64,000 nt of DNA from Podarcis cretensis (taxonomy: Eukaryota), in assembly GCA_951804945.1 (NCBI GenBank), contig OX638159.1, forward strand, positions 4,774,001 through 4,838,000. The letters run 5' to 3'. This document shows, piece after piece, positions 51,077 through 64,000 of the stretch (its first letter is position 1; each line of letters opens with the position of its first letter). The notes below the pieces were generated by a model. That model did not search any database. It worked only from the letters and a program-made list of their open reading frames with translations, and was not told where the DNA came from. The translations under genes were made by a program, and so were the position numbers.

Positions 51077-51659
51077 CACTCATTCCAGGCAAGCAAGAGA
51101 CTTGCTTTAGTTCCCATTTGCAGAGTATGCAGAAGACAGCCCCGGGTGGTTTGACCCTTTAGTTCTTTTTCCTCCTATAAAAACTATGCAAGACACACAT
51201 TTAAAGAGCATATAGTTTACTTTGTGTACTTGCAGTTGCAGATTTTATATATACAATGAAGGGGATGTTTCTTTTAGTTGCTAAAACATCTTACATAGGT
51301 TTTAATTAGGTTGGCTCTGTTGTTTTAAATTATAATTTGTATTAAGATGTTAACAATACAATAATGAAAATCAGATAAATGCACAGTGTAAAATATTGTC
51401 TAAACAAATAAGATAAAATAAATATTGGAGACATGATTAATTTCAGCACATATAACAATTCATAAGCAAATGGGACAATTAAGGATACAAAAGCTTAGAC
51501 ACATTTTATAAGCTTTTATAGTCTTAATTGTCTTAGTCTGAGAAAACTAATATTTTCACCTTTCTCTTCCAGGAAGGATAAACAAAAGAAATTATGATTG
51601 GGATAATACCATGACAGAGAAGGTGCAAAACTTTAAAAAAAATGAAGAAAAATATATGT

Positions 51660-51693
<34 letters not shown>

Positions 51694-53579
51694 AGTGGGG
51701 CTTTGTTTTTAATGATTGGAGCCATATCCAAATACTTCCTTGAAATGAGACCCATTAAAATCAATAGATTTACTAAGTCCTTTGATTCAGTAGGTCTACT
51801 CTGAATACAACTCATGTTGGATCTAACCCTTGGGTTTTATTATGAGGTGGGGAACCTCTAGTCCACAAATCAAGAGCAGACCACCGGATTCTGTTTTAGG
51901 TTATTCCCCTCACCAGCTGCGCCCCCTACATGGAAATGTGCCCCCTGTGCTGAAAAAGGTCCCCAGCAACAGTTTTATAATATGCCCCTCCCTAATATCA
52001 GTACAGATGAAGGTTGGTCTCCAAATATTTTTAACAATAAACAAGCACACAAGTAAGTCACTGCTGAGGTGTACCCATAGTTGTGAGGTCTGGGGAAATG
52101 AGGATGATAATGATGCATCTCCAGCTGTTGCCATTGGCTACAGACTACCTGTGATGTCACAAAAGTACATGGCAGCTGAGTGGATAGAAAGGTGGGCCTT
52201 TTCCTCTTCCCCAACAGAACACAGCAAGCAACAGCTGTGATGTTCAGTCTTCTTCCACCTGGAGGAGGTGAACAGGCAGATGGACGGAGATGATTATCTG
52301 GCTGTAGGATGCTATGGAGCAATAATAAGGCAAGCTCACTTGCAGTGTGGAATTGTGACTTGAAGGCAGCTGATATCCATGGTCCAAGCTAGTGGTGAAT
52401 GTCCAGTGGTGGACCTAGCAGAAGCTGGCAGATGTTGGTGGGTGGAAGCCAATACAGTTCCCATTTGGATGTTGTGAGGCTGGAACAGGGCAATGATGTT
52501 TGTTGATATGAACTGGTTGAAATTCACCTTCGGAAGCTGATCGACAGAAGCCTGTGGATATTTGTGGGTCGAAGTCAGGGCACTTCCATGAATGAACGAA
52601 GAGCAAAAGGTGAGTGAATGTGTCTTCTTTGTGAATATTGGCTGGCGTATGCTTGTGTCTTTGGATAGGAGGTTTCGAAGGTGGGCAAGCTGAAGGGTGG
52701 AAGTTGGGAGGCTGAAGTAGATTAAGCTGTTACAGACTAACTAACTTTTACAGACTAACTGATACTCTGACTCTGAGGCAGACAGCAGCACAACATAACA
52801 TACCTGCTGCTGTTGAGACTCACAAGACTGTTAATAACTGAACCAACTGAAATAACTTCCACAGAGTGTATGACATCACAGGTTTCTACAGCCCTTTCAA
52901 ACATTAACCCTTTACATATTCATTTTGGATACTAACATCCCACATGATTGTAGTTTAAGGAAACATTTCAGGCAGGCAAAATATTCAAGGAGGGCACAGG
53001 GAAGGCTGACGAGGGATTTGATCTTCCAGGCTGGAGGTCCCCACCCTCATGTGTTTTTAAATAAATCCAAGTGGATTAACTGTGTCCTCACTTTCACTTC
53101 AGTGACTTCTGAAGAAAGTTCACTAAGATTTGTCTTTAATCAGTCCATGGTGTTGAATTAGCCAGAGCAAAAGTGGCCTCACTAATGCTTATTATTAGAG
53201 ACTGATGGAACTTGACTCATTTAAAAGCTGAACAATCATGAAAGGCAAACAGTAGGATGTTGTGAATATGAAGCACTAACACAGTTCAGTAAGTTCATGT
53301 TCAGGATAGACCATGGTTTAGAAATAATGAGACATATAATATTTAACACCTTGATTCTTTAATTGACAAGTGTCAGTATGTTTGCCAAACCTGCATAAAG
53401 CTGAAAACTGGTAAGTGAGATTTGCAATTACAATGATGTATGTTTTAGTTAGTTAAGTATTTTTATTGTTTTACTTGATCTGGGGGGCAGCTGCCTCCCC
53501 TGTCCCCTCTTGGCTATGCCCATGAGTTGCACTAGAAAGATGACACTTGGGGTCCCTTCCAGTTCTATGGTTCTATGAT

Positions 53580-54332
53580 TGAAGCTGAATCCTGAAAACA
53601 CAGAAGTATTGTTTTTAGGGGACAGGGGATGGGAAGGTGTGGGGTCCTGAATGGGGTAACTGCCCCTGAAGGACCAGGTGTGCAGCCTGGGAGTCATGGG
53701 TTAATTCTGTGTCCAGGGCAGCTGTCTACCAGCTCCATCTGGTACGCCACCTGAGACCCTACCTGCCCACAGACTCGCCAGAGTGGTACATGCTCTGATT
53801 ATCTCCCGCTTGGACTACTGCAATGCGTTCCATGTGGGGCTGCCTTTGAAGGTGACTCAGAAACTACAACTAATCCAGAATGCGGCAGCTAGACTGGTGA
53901 CTGGAAGCAGCCGCCAAGACTACATAACACTGGTCCTGAAATACCTACATTGGCTCCCAGTACATTTCCAAGCACAAATCAAAGTGTTGCTGCTGACCTT
54001 TAAATGCCTAAACAGCCTTGGTCCTGTATACCTAAAGGAGCATCTGCATCCCCATCAGGCAATATAAAGACTGGGAGCCCAGACACTGAGATCTAGCTCC
54101 GAGGGCCTTCTTGGTAGTGGCACCCACCCTGTGGAATGCCCTCCCATCAGATGTGAAGACGATGAGTAATTATTATAACATTTAGGAAACATCTGAAGGC
54201 AGCCCTGTATAGGGAAGCGTTTTAAGGTTTTTCTATGTTTTTATATATGCTGGAAGCCACCCTGAGTGGCTGGGGCAACTTGAGTCACATGGGTGGGGGT
54301 TTACAGATTATTATTAATAATAATAATAATAA
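53580..54332 (+). mobile_element. L2 LINE 3' fragment with (AAT)n tail
   Basis: VHALIISRLDYCNAFHVGLPLKVTQKLQLIQNAAARLVTG..LHWLPVHF..KVLLLTFK. Confidence 0.92.
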
Positions 54333-54451
54333 TATTTTTCTGCGTCAACAATGTTTCATTATGTTCCCATCATCTTATTTAATGGTAATTTGTATAAATC
54401 ATAAAAATTATAAATAAAACATGTTCTATTTACAAACAAAACATTTAAGTA

Positions 54452-54709
54452 CCGTATTTTTCGCTCTATAAGACGCACCAGACAACAAGACGCACATAGT
54501 TTTTGGAGGAGGAAAACAAGGGGGAAAAATTCTGAATCTCAGAAGCCAGAACAGCAAGAGGGATTGCTGCGCAGTGAAAGCAGCAATCCCTCTTGCTGTT
54601 CTGGCTTCTGGGATAGCTGCGCAGCCCGCATTCGCTCCATAAGATGCACACACATTTCCCCTTACTTTTTAGGAGGGAAAAAGTGAGTCTTATAGAGCAA
54701 AAAATACGG
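54452..54709. mobile_element. CCGTATTTTTCG-family MITE
   Basis: TIRs and TA TSD; near-identical to 1275-1533. Confidence 0.92.
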
Positions 54710-55067
54710 TAGCTACCTTTCTACCGGTAGGATGGGGTGTGTGTGTGCACAGGAAGGAAACAAGGTTGGAAAACACTGATTTAGACTAGAGCTCCACCCG
54801 CTCCCGTCTAACTGGCTGTGTGTGCTTTGTAGTATGTCTTGAGAGCCTGGTTTTCAGTGTGGAAGTGGCAGAGATGCTGGCAACAGTCAGGCTGCATCAG
54901 GAGCTGAATTCAATATAGTTGCATCCCATCAGGCAATATAAAGACTGGGAGCCAGGCAGCCATGTGCCATCTGAAGCTTGTGCAGGGTTCTTTTATCTCC
55001 TAGTTTACCTCATTTTGCATTTTAATGTTGTGAACTGCCCTGTGATCTTCGGATGAAAGGTGGTATA

Positions 55068-55099
<32 letters not shown>

Positions 55100-58000
55100 A
55101 GCAACAAACAGAGTTGATGTAGCAGCTCGTTCATTTCCTCTGCCTCTCCCTGCCCCAAACCAGAAAACAGTTATCAATAGCTCAGCACTGACATAACAAT
55201 ATGGCACCATCTGCTGGTGGAGGTGCTGCTTTTCAGCCCAGTATTTTTCGATTTTGCTGCTTCCTCAGATAAACTGGCATTCTGTCTGTTTTACCCAGTG
55301 GTCTTCTGAAGACACATTTAGGGAAGCAGATGGTAAAATGACAGAAGAGACACACCTTTAAAATGTGCATTGCTGCAGTTAGATAATTTTAGATTCAATT
55401 TACCAGGTGAAATCCAACACTAGATACCCTCAGAGTAGGCTACTTTGAGTAGGACTAACATTTCATGCCACTCAATGGTTCTGTGGTGAGCGCTCTCCCT
55501 ATATGATGTGTGTTACTTCAAATAAAGATGCAATTATATATATAGCTTTTATTAAATTGTTTAATAATAACTACCATTTTAAATTATATCTGTACATATT
55601 AAGATATTGTAAATTGCATTACAAAGACTCATAATGAAAAATAGTATCTAAATATGTAAATAAATATATTATTAAAAATGTGTAATCACTGCAGGCTCAA
55701 GTCCTGACAAGAGATTAATTACACCCAGAGCAGGCACGGGGGCAATAAAAATATTGGAGATAATTATTACCATAAGGATAGAACACTATCTGCTTTTGTT
55801 TTTAAACCTGCTATGTTACATACAACTCTATTCTCTAGAAGTCATATGGAGCACATCTCATACAATTAGCATGTGTTCATTAGAGAACCTGGAAGTCAAA
55901 AAGAAGAGAAACCGAACCCTTTAAATTATGCTTAAAACAAATTTTATTTCACAAAATAGTCACCCTGGTGCATTTTGGCATCTTCTCTTCTTCAAAGGCA
56001 TTAAGATATGAGACAACAAACACTTTATGAAGCCTCCTTAGTATCAAAATATACATATTATACTAAACATATAAACAAATTGTATGGACCATCCATAACT
56101 GCTGAGGGGGATGCCAGGTTGCTACTGCAAATAGGCTTGCTTAGGACTTCATGGAGCTGTCCAAACACATTATAGGCCCTATACATCTAGCCAGAGATGC
56201 CTTTGATTTGGTTGTTTACTGGTTAGAATGACAACAGCAGATTCCACCTGCAGGGGTGCAGGCCTGCCTAGGTCAGGATGGTCCACCCCCAGAGACTAAT
56301 GGAATAGGAAGGATTCCTGCATGCTCAGGGGGAATGTTTGCCATAGTCAGTGCTTCTGCTGAGGACCTGATGTCACTATGGAACGCAGGCGCTAGGTTCC
56401 ACCCAACTGTGGGGGAGCCCAGTGCACGTGCAACATCACGCATCAGGAGGAGGCTGGGAGGCCGACCGTGGGTAGGCCCTCTGGGGCCCATCACACCCGC
56501 AGGGACGCCCAGGGAGGCCCACCACAGATTGTGGAATATTGAGGGGGTCCGGATCCCCTCCTTGAAAATTTTAGGGGACCATTGGCCTGCCTATATAGCG
56601 CCCCTGCTATGGAATCACCAATAAGGGACCTTCTCCAATGCTGAGCCCAACATGGCATGTTGAGTTCTCTGGCAGCTTCAGACTATGAAGCAGGTACGAC
56701 GGTAACGGCAGCACAAATTGTGGAAATCTCATAGTGAAGATGACCAAACATGGCTGCCAGCACTTACGGTAATCATGCCTATCTTGTAGCACTGACAGCA
56801 GCAAAGAAGGCTTCGTCACCTCTGCACCCTCTACTGAAGCTATTAATATTTGGCCAGAAGTGTTGGAACCCTCAGAATCTTGAGGACATAATCACTTGCC
56901 TTCATGCTGCACTGTGGTTGCTTGGAGGTTATTGCCCAACCATATGCCCTCTGGATGACTGCCCATCAAGGCTGATAAAAACTTGCTGGAGGGGGTTGAC
57001 TGAGTCAGTCCAGAGCATAGTTATTGCTTCTTTGCAGGCGGAGATGTTTGGAGTGTTTACCTTAGCATGTAGAACATATGGCCCTTCCACAATCTTTCAT
57101 TTGGGTTGATCAGTGGGGAGGAGGGGTGCTTCCATGTGTAGTCTTGAAAAAAAACAACACCAAAATAATTAATTAAACTGTTGGAAACAATAATATAAAA
57201 AGAATGCTTTTCTTTTGCTGCAAAATAATGCTTTCTCATGGTGATTTTCCTATGCCCTTACCCCTTCTCATTCAGCTGTGTATTGTTCTATTCACAATTG
57301 CACAGCTGTTCAGTTTTCTCAACTAAACAAGAGCCTACCGGGGTATATTCTCCTGAATGTATAACCGTTTTGAGCCCATTTGCCAGAAAGCTTAAATCTT
57401 CTTATTTTTAATTTTCTTGTTATTACTTGTGTAATATGTTCTAGAGCCTATTATGCAAGACTATGCAAGAATATGTAAATATACCAATCACAAGTGAAAT
57501 AATTAACTACAGAGTCTTGAAATGTATAAATCTAATGGATGAATACAAGAAGTGAGTAGATTGGCTAATAAATGGAAACATGTTTCCTGTTCCAAAAATG
57601 ATTTTGAAGAAAACTATTCTAAAACTCTAATCCTTTAACTATAGTAAGCAACCCCTATCTTTAACAGATTTTATTGTTGAACCTGGCTTTTAATACTATA
57701 TTTAGTTTAAACCATGAACTACACAGGGAGCCCCTATCAAGCAGAAATATTATATATAAATTTCAAAAATAAAAAATGAATATATCCAGGTGCTGAAAAA
57801 TACTAAATGTATCTCCATATTAATTAAATACCCATCTGTTAAATACCTATCTGTTAATTTGCAAATAACAAGGCCTAGCTGGGTAGAAAAGGTTGTTACA
57901 TCATCCTTGTTTTCTTTACTGAAGCATTGTGAAACCTTTTGGCTAGCTTGTTTTAACTGAGAGAACAGTTACTTTTGCTACTTGCAGATCTGCATCTCGT

Positions 58001-61000
58001 TTTACGAGTTGTTTGCTTTAAAGTGTGTTTGAGAGAAAAGCAGGTGAGATTGAGAGCCCCCCCCCCCCCGTCTTTTCCTACTGACCTGTTTACAAAGCCT
58101 GAGATTAACTAGCAATGTAGATAAAATAAGGCAAACTATTTTGGGGTGTTGGGTGATATCAAATGCTAGTCATACTCAGAGTAGACATTTTGAAATCAAT
58201 GGACTCAAGTAACTTGTCCATTGATTTTAATGGGTCTACTCAGAACGTGACTTAGTTGGCTATCAGTCTTTGTTTTATAAAAGCAGGAGGACTGTAGTAT
58301 TATAGGCTGCATTGGTTGTTTACAATGATTTGGGGTGTTATCATATGCCTTTTATGTACATCTCCTTGCCACATTCCAATTACAACACTATATAAATGAT
58401 AAAGAGTATATTACAACTATGTGGCTGGGCAATTGTAGGTTAAGCCAGATGCTACTGCTAATGGACTTAAATAATTGTTTGGGTAGGCGTTAAAAATAAA
58501 GATCTGCAGGCTTTGTGAGAATCTTTTTCATGAAGGACATGACCATCTAGCAACAGCCAACAGGCCTCCGGATAAAAAGCTATAAAGAACAGAGCTTCAG
58601 CAGCTCCCAGAACATTTCCAAATACTTTTGGAAGTTGTGCCTTTGTTCCTTTGCCATTTAGCATTCAGTGCCAGCTGGCTTTTGGAAGAACACTGGATGA
58701 AATAGCAAACAAATTTCTCTTTGAAAGCAGACTTAAAAAGGAAAGGTGCTGTGAAAGAGCCTAGAGGAAAGCCAGACTATTGAGTTGCGCTTCTAGGCAG
58801 AGCACAAAAGAAGGAGCCTTCTGGGAAATGCCTCAAGGGCATCAGGCCCTGTGGCATTGGAAGAACTGTTACATCCACCAGCTGTTTTTGTAGGGTAGTG
58901 AATTCTTCCTCCCTTATAGGTCTTTTTTCTACTAACAGTCAGTTTGAAATCTGCCCTACATGGCTCATTGGGAGTGTTTCTGGACAGCAACAAAATACCG
59001 TATTTTTCCGTGTATTAGACGCTCCCATGTATAAGATTCCCCTCATTTTTGGGGACTCCAAATTAAGAAAACACCCCCTCAGCACTACCCGTGTATAAGA
59101 CGAGCCCCAATTTTAAACCTATTTTTTTGGTTAAAAAGACTAGTCTTAAACATGGCAAGTGTTAACCCTTTTTTTGTAGAATGCCTTCTTTCCTCCAATA
59201 CTTGCTTGTTAGCTAGACTGGCATCTTCTTGGCTCTGGTGGGACATCCCTTGATCTGAAGTATACAGTCTAGGGCCCCTGCGTCAGAGGACTGTGTGCAT
59301 GAGCCCCAGAGACTCCCATCTTGGTGGCACATAGCTGTCAACAGTCCTGTAACAGGTAAAGGGCTGGAGCTCAGTAAAGCACATGCTTTGCATTCAGGTT
59401 CAATCCCTGGCATTGCCTGAAACATTAGAGGGGCATTACCAGCCTGTGTAGACAATACTGAGCTCAAAGAGCTAATGGTCTAACTCCAGAGAAGCAATGT
59501 ATTATGTGTCGGTAGCTCATTATCCTTGTCTGAAGGAAAGGCTACCATCAGAGTCCCGAAATAGATGCATTTCATGGTACTTTGACACTGCAACACAATT
59601 GGGTTTGTTTTTTGCCCCTTCCTGTGTTTTTTAATTTTAAAAAATGATTTTGTTAATTTAGAATGGCTTACAAAATGCTGAATCAACAAACTCTCTAAGT
59701 GTATACAAAAACCAATAAATAGAAAAACAAGGTAAAATCAGTATAACGTTGTCAACCTTGTTTCCATGCCCCACTCTTGTATTGTGACAGCCTAAATAGT
59801 TAAATACTGCATCATTATTGAAAATCCACTGCTTTTGTGTTCTAAAAATGCAGTGGTTACCAGGGAAGTCAAACAGCTAGGGTTGGAAAAACTCATTACG
59901 ATGTGTGTATAATTAGAGTTGTTCATTTGTGAATAATTTGGAAAAAGCTATTGCTGTCCATTTGATTCAAAAAGCATGGTGCCTCTTCGTGCTCTGTAGA
60001 AACTAATAGGAATAGTTAAGTAAAGTTGTTTTGATTGTCTGACACATTTTCATTCTGGCCATTCTTTGTTTTTCCATCATAAGGTGTTCTCACTCTGACC
60101 CTTCAATCTGTCCCCTCCACAAACAATGACAAGTATAATATAAAAGCAGTTGATATAAAAAGCAAACAAAGAGCTTTTCTCATCATTTGCATGCCAACAG
60201 CAATGCTGCCGAGATTTATAATATATCTGAACAATTCCAGTTCACTTCAGTTGACAGGAAACTTGACAGCAAGACGCCTTTCTACCTGAAAACAACCAAG
60301 ATCTAACGTTTGCAATTATCCAGAATCTGATCTTCTCCTACGCAAGATGAACTCGTATTTCTGAATTTTATTGAACAACAATATGGAAGAGGGAGTGCTT
60401 TTTTATCCATTGTTGATCCAAATCATCTTCACTGCTTAAATGGAAATGGAAAAAATAGCAAGTTTTTTACAAGTCTGTAGTAATCTCTCAAGAAAGAAAA
60501 CAGGACAAATGGACTTCTTTTATTGACAAAGGTAAATAACCGGGGATAATTTTATACATACATTATTTCAATTTCTTATTCATTGCTGTTAAAGTTTACA
60601 TGAACTGTTTACGATAATATTTAAGAATATTCCTCTATACAACTCTTGCTACTACATTATCAGCCCTACTTTATCAAGTTATGTTCTCTTTTGCTCACTG
60701 TTTTTAAACCATCTAATGTAATGAGCTTCAGCTGTTCCAAGAAATCAACCAGTGCAATTCTAGGCACATGTACCCTGCAAGCTAACCCCACAATAGGGGG
60801 TTATGGGGCATGGATGGAGCAGAAGTCTTCCTCCAGCCAGCCCGCACCAGCTCTGCTGGCCTCCACAACAATGACACCGGTGTCACTCTTCTGGTGTGGT
60901 CTTCAGTCTGCCTAAAGTGCAGGTAGGCAAAAGATCCACCACTGGGATTCCTGCAAAAAAAAATCCAAAATGAGCCATTTTCGGGTCATAGAGGGGCTGA

Positions 61001-61444
61001 ATCAGTCTATGATTGACTGGGTCTTGGGCTGGCCTCACTGGCAGAGCGTTGGCTCTGATGTGGACCTGATTGCTACGCCAGCATCAGGTCTTTAGCTGTC
61101 CCAGCCAGTGGGAGCAATGAGGCTGTGGATATGACTGTGGCTACACCACTGTGTTACAATCCGCTGTTGCCAAGCTGGGTTTGGGACTGCTATCCCCCCG
61201 GAGTAAGAGCCACTGAACACAGTGGGACATACTCCCAAGTAAAAGTGTAGTATTGCACTGTTATTCTGTTGGTCACTGGACTTTGAGGGAAACTATTTTA
61301 CACATACTTTTAGAAAACATAAAGGCTGTAAACAAAAGCAAAGCTGGATTGTTTTTTGTAACTAGCTTATGTCATTTTTTAACTGGCTTCTGACATCTCG
61401 TAGGAAACTACAAGGAGGAAGCAGCTGGAGGGAACAACTCATGG

Positions 61445-62340
61445 TTTCAGTTTTCTCTACACAAATTCACACAGAATATGGGAAACAAGCAAGATGAATT
61501 GGAACTTTTAATTCAGAGTGGCAAATATGTCCTGGTAGGCATTACTGAAACCTGGTGGGATGAGACCCATGACTGGAATGCAGGAATTGAGGGGTTTGAC
61601 CTGTTTAAAAGGAATAGACCAAACAGGAAGGGAGGAGTAGCAGCATTATATGTATAGGATGTGTAAATTTGTGAAGAAATTTGGATCATGGAAAGCAGAC
61701 TGAGAGTATATGGGTAAAATTGTAGACGAGAGAAACAACAGTGACCTTACTGTGGGGTCTGCTATAGACCACCAAGCCAGGCAAAAGACTTGGAGGATGC
61801 CTTCCTAGAGCGGATTACCAAACACTAAAAAAGGAGAGATATAGGAGACTTCAATTTCCCTGATATCTGCTGGAACTCAAACTCTGCCAAGAATGTAAGG
61901 TCTGACAAATTTCTCCACTGCCTTGCTGACAATTTCATATCCCGGAAGGTGGAAGAAAAAGGGGATCATCTATCCTAGACCTTGTCCTCACTAACAGGGA
62001 GGAATTGATCAACAAAGTGGAAGTACTGGGAAACTTGGCAGGAAGTGATCAGTTCTTTCTGGGTTTCATGATACAGAGGAATGGAAAAGCTGAGTGTAGT
62101 CAGACATGCGCTCTGGACTTTAAGAAGGCCAATTTTGAAAAACTGAAAAAGCTACTGGGTGAGATCCCATGGTCAAAAATACAGAGAAGGGAGTCCAAGA
62201 TGGACAAGTGTTTCTAAAAGGAGAAATATTGAAGCCCCAAACACAGACAATTACAACAAGAAATAAAAGTAGGAGGCATCTAAGGAAACTGGTGTGGCTG
62301 CATAAGTAGCTTACAAATGAGATGAGAGTTAAGAAGGGCA
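61445..62340 (+). mobile_element. Degraded CR1 ORF2 endonuclease-region fragment
   Basis: MGNKQDELEL..VGITETWWDETHDWN..NRKGGVALY..YRPPSQ..GDFNFPDICW motifs with frameshifts. Confidence 0.88.
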
Positions 62341-62439
62341 CATATGATTCTCAATAAGCAAAGCTGGAATATTCCTCCAGATAGCATTCATTTTTATATC
62401 AATGCTACTGGTGTAACTACTGAAATGTTTCCACAACAT

Positions 62440-63200
62440 TACCTTCACATATTTCTTTTAGCTTTTAGCCCACCTAAGTACCCTTTTAATTATAGCTTAA
62501 CAGTATTTGTTCTCCAATAAATTTCCCCCTACCAAGGTACATCTAACCTTCCCAGAAGTTGCATTACGCTCCCAAATGACCCTACTGCATTCATCTGTCC
62601 ACCATGCAGTCATATTCCAGTTTCTTCCCACCTCCTTCCATCTAGGAATAGCATGAGCTGCTCCCAAAATACTTTGCTCCAGCTTTTTAGAAAAACTCTC
62701 AAAACCATTGAACTCACATGACCTACCAATATCCAAACATTTAAGCCTGATATCTTCTCAAATTCTGTGTAGGGGCCATATCCACACCACTAAATTCCCA
62801 TCTCCATAAAATAGCTACTGGGAAGTAATAACTTCTTATACAGGGTGAATCCGTTAAAAGAGGCCCCATGGATACAGAGTACACAAGTTCCACGGGGGCC
62901 TCTTTTAAGACTCACCCTGTATTATTGGAAAGCTTCCAGCCACTCCTAGAAATTTCCCCAGCCACACTGAGCTGCAAAAGGCTTAAATACTATCCCTGCT
63001 AAGCCAAGCAAAGGATGCTACAAGAGTCATATTGAGCCAGGCACTCTTTCTTACCTTTAAAAGGAAAAATATCACAAAACTGTGTGTAAAGCTCCTCATG
63101 TCTATTATTCTTCTGATTATGGAGAGCCAGTGAGAGCTCCACAAGCCACGTTTCTTGAACAGAACTCACATCAGGCACCATGGAGGTGCAGCACATTCTT
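62440..63200 (-). mobile_element. Possible degraded I-group LINE ORF2 fragments
   Basis: PDVSSVQETWL (APE-endonuclease-like), then ILGAAHAIPR..WWTDECSRVIWERN further along the minus strand. Confidence 0.4.
62841..62919. mobile_element. 79-bp mariner-type mini-MITE (almost all TIR)
   Basis: TA+CAGGGTGA..TTAAAAGAGGCCCC / GGGGCCTCTTTTAA..TCACCCTG+TA. Confidence 0.8.
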
Positions 63201-63723
63201 CCTTAACCATGTCCACTCAACACAATAGGGTATTCTTATTGAATACAATGGCAGTCTACTCAGCAAATTCTTTAGCACTACCTGCATTGGAACTCAGCAC
63301 TGCAAAGCCTAAGACGTTTGCTCCAAAAACGTCTTCTAGACGTTTGCTTCTAAAAAAACTCCTCTGCTGCTTTCCAAATTCACACCTTTTCTGATCTTTT
63401 ACCTTTGAGACATAAACCACGAAAGCCATTCTTCACGAACAGCAAACCTACATCACCTTTCTTCCCATGCACCACCACCCGTTTGCAAGGCAGCTCCCAG
63501 TTACTAAAAGAGCCCGTCGTTTAAGGCTGGGCCTCGGCCGGAGGGGTAGTTCAACAAGGGCGTGAGGGCTGGCGCATTGTTCGTGAGAGACAGCTTGCTT
63601 GCATGCGCGATCAGGTCAGTGACTGCAAAGACCCCACCCCATTTTATGGTGACCGGTGGGATCCATAGCTGTCAACGTTTCCCTTTTTTTTAAGGGAAAT
63701 TCCCTTATTCCGAATAGGGAAAA

Positions 63724-64000
63724 TGTTATGTACTGAGTCAAATAGGATCCAAACTGCAGCAGTCTGATTGGTCCTAGAACAATAGGATCCAAAAGGCAGC
63801 AGTCTGATTGGTCCTAGAACAATAGGATTCAGAATGCAGCAGTCTGATTGGTCCTAGAACAATGCAGCAGTATGATTGGTTGGCAGGAACCACCCAGTCA
63901 TGCTCCAGATTGAAGTGAATCCACAACCTGATTGGCTTACAGTAGAATTCCGGAATTAGCCAATCATGTGCAGCCCATTGTGTAAATAATGTATATAAAG
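63724..64000 (+). mobile_element. LTR-like 5' (U3) region, truncated by the window end
   Basis: Starts TGTTATG; ~40-bp tandem units AATAGGATCC..GCAGCAGTCTGATTGGTCCTAGAAC with inverted CCAAT boxes; TATATAAAG at 63992. Confidence 0.65.

Overview
Vertebrate genomic DNA, most likely a squamate (Sauria SINEs, BovB, CR1, L2, non-mammalian L1; a lacertid lizard is my inference). The only host coding sequence I can support is exon 1 of GNAQ (G-alpha-q; minus strand, 36506-36371) inside a ~2.2 kb CpG island. Bases 1-36370 are the first 36 kb of GNAQ intron 1 (exon 2 was not found), and the rest is upstream sequence. Most other recognisable sequence is transposon-derived: Tc1/mariner-type and hAT-type MITEs, LINE fragments (a young L1 3' end with an open 479-aa frame, BovB, CR1, L2, a Rex1-like tail, a possible I-group relic), SINEs and LTR-like pieces, several of them nested and with visible target-site duplications (TSDs). 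I find no convincing new multi-gene system. The best leads are a 55-bp near-perfect fold-back hairpin with a template-switch signature, a minisatellite-carrying hAT element, a young sense-oriented L1 poly(A) signal in the intron, a candidate uORF upstream of GNAQ, a 29-bp templated patch in an L2, and the possible I-group LINE relic. Repeat family names come from motif recognition, not database searches. Boundaries without a TSD are approximate.
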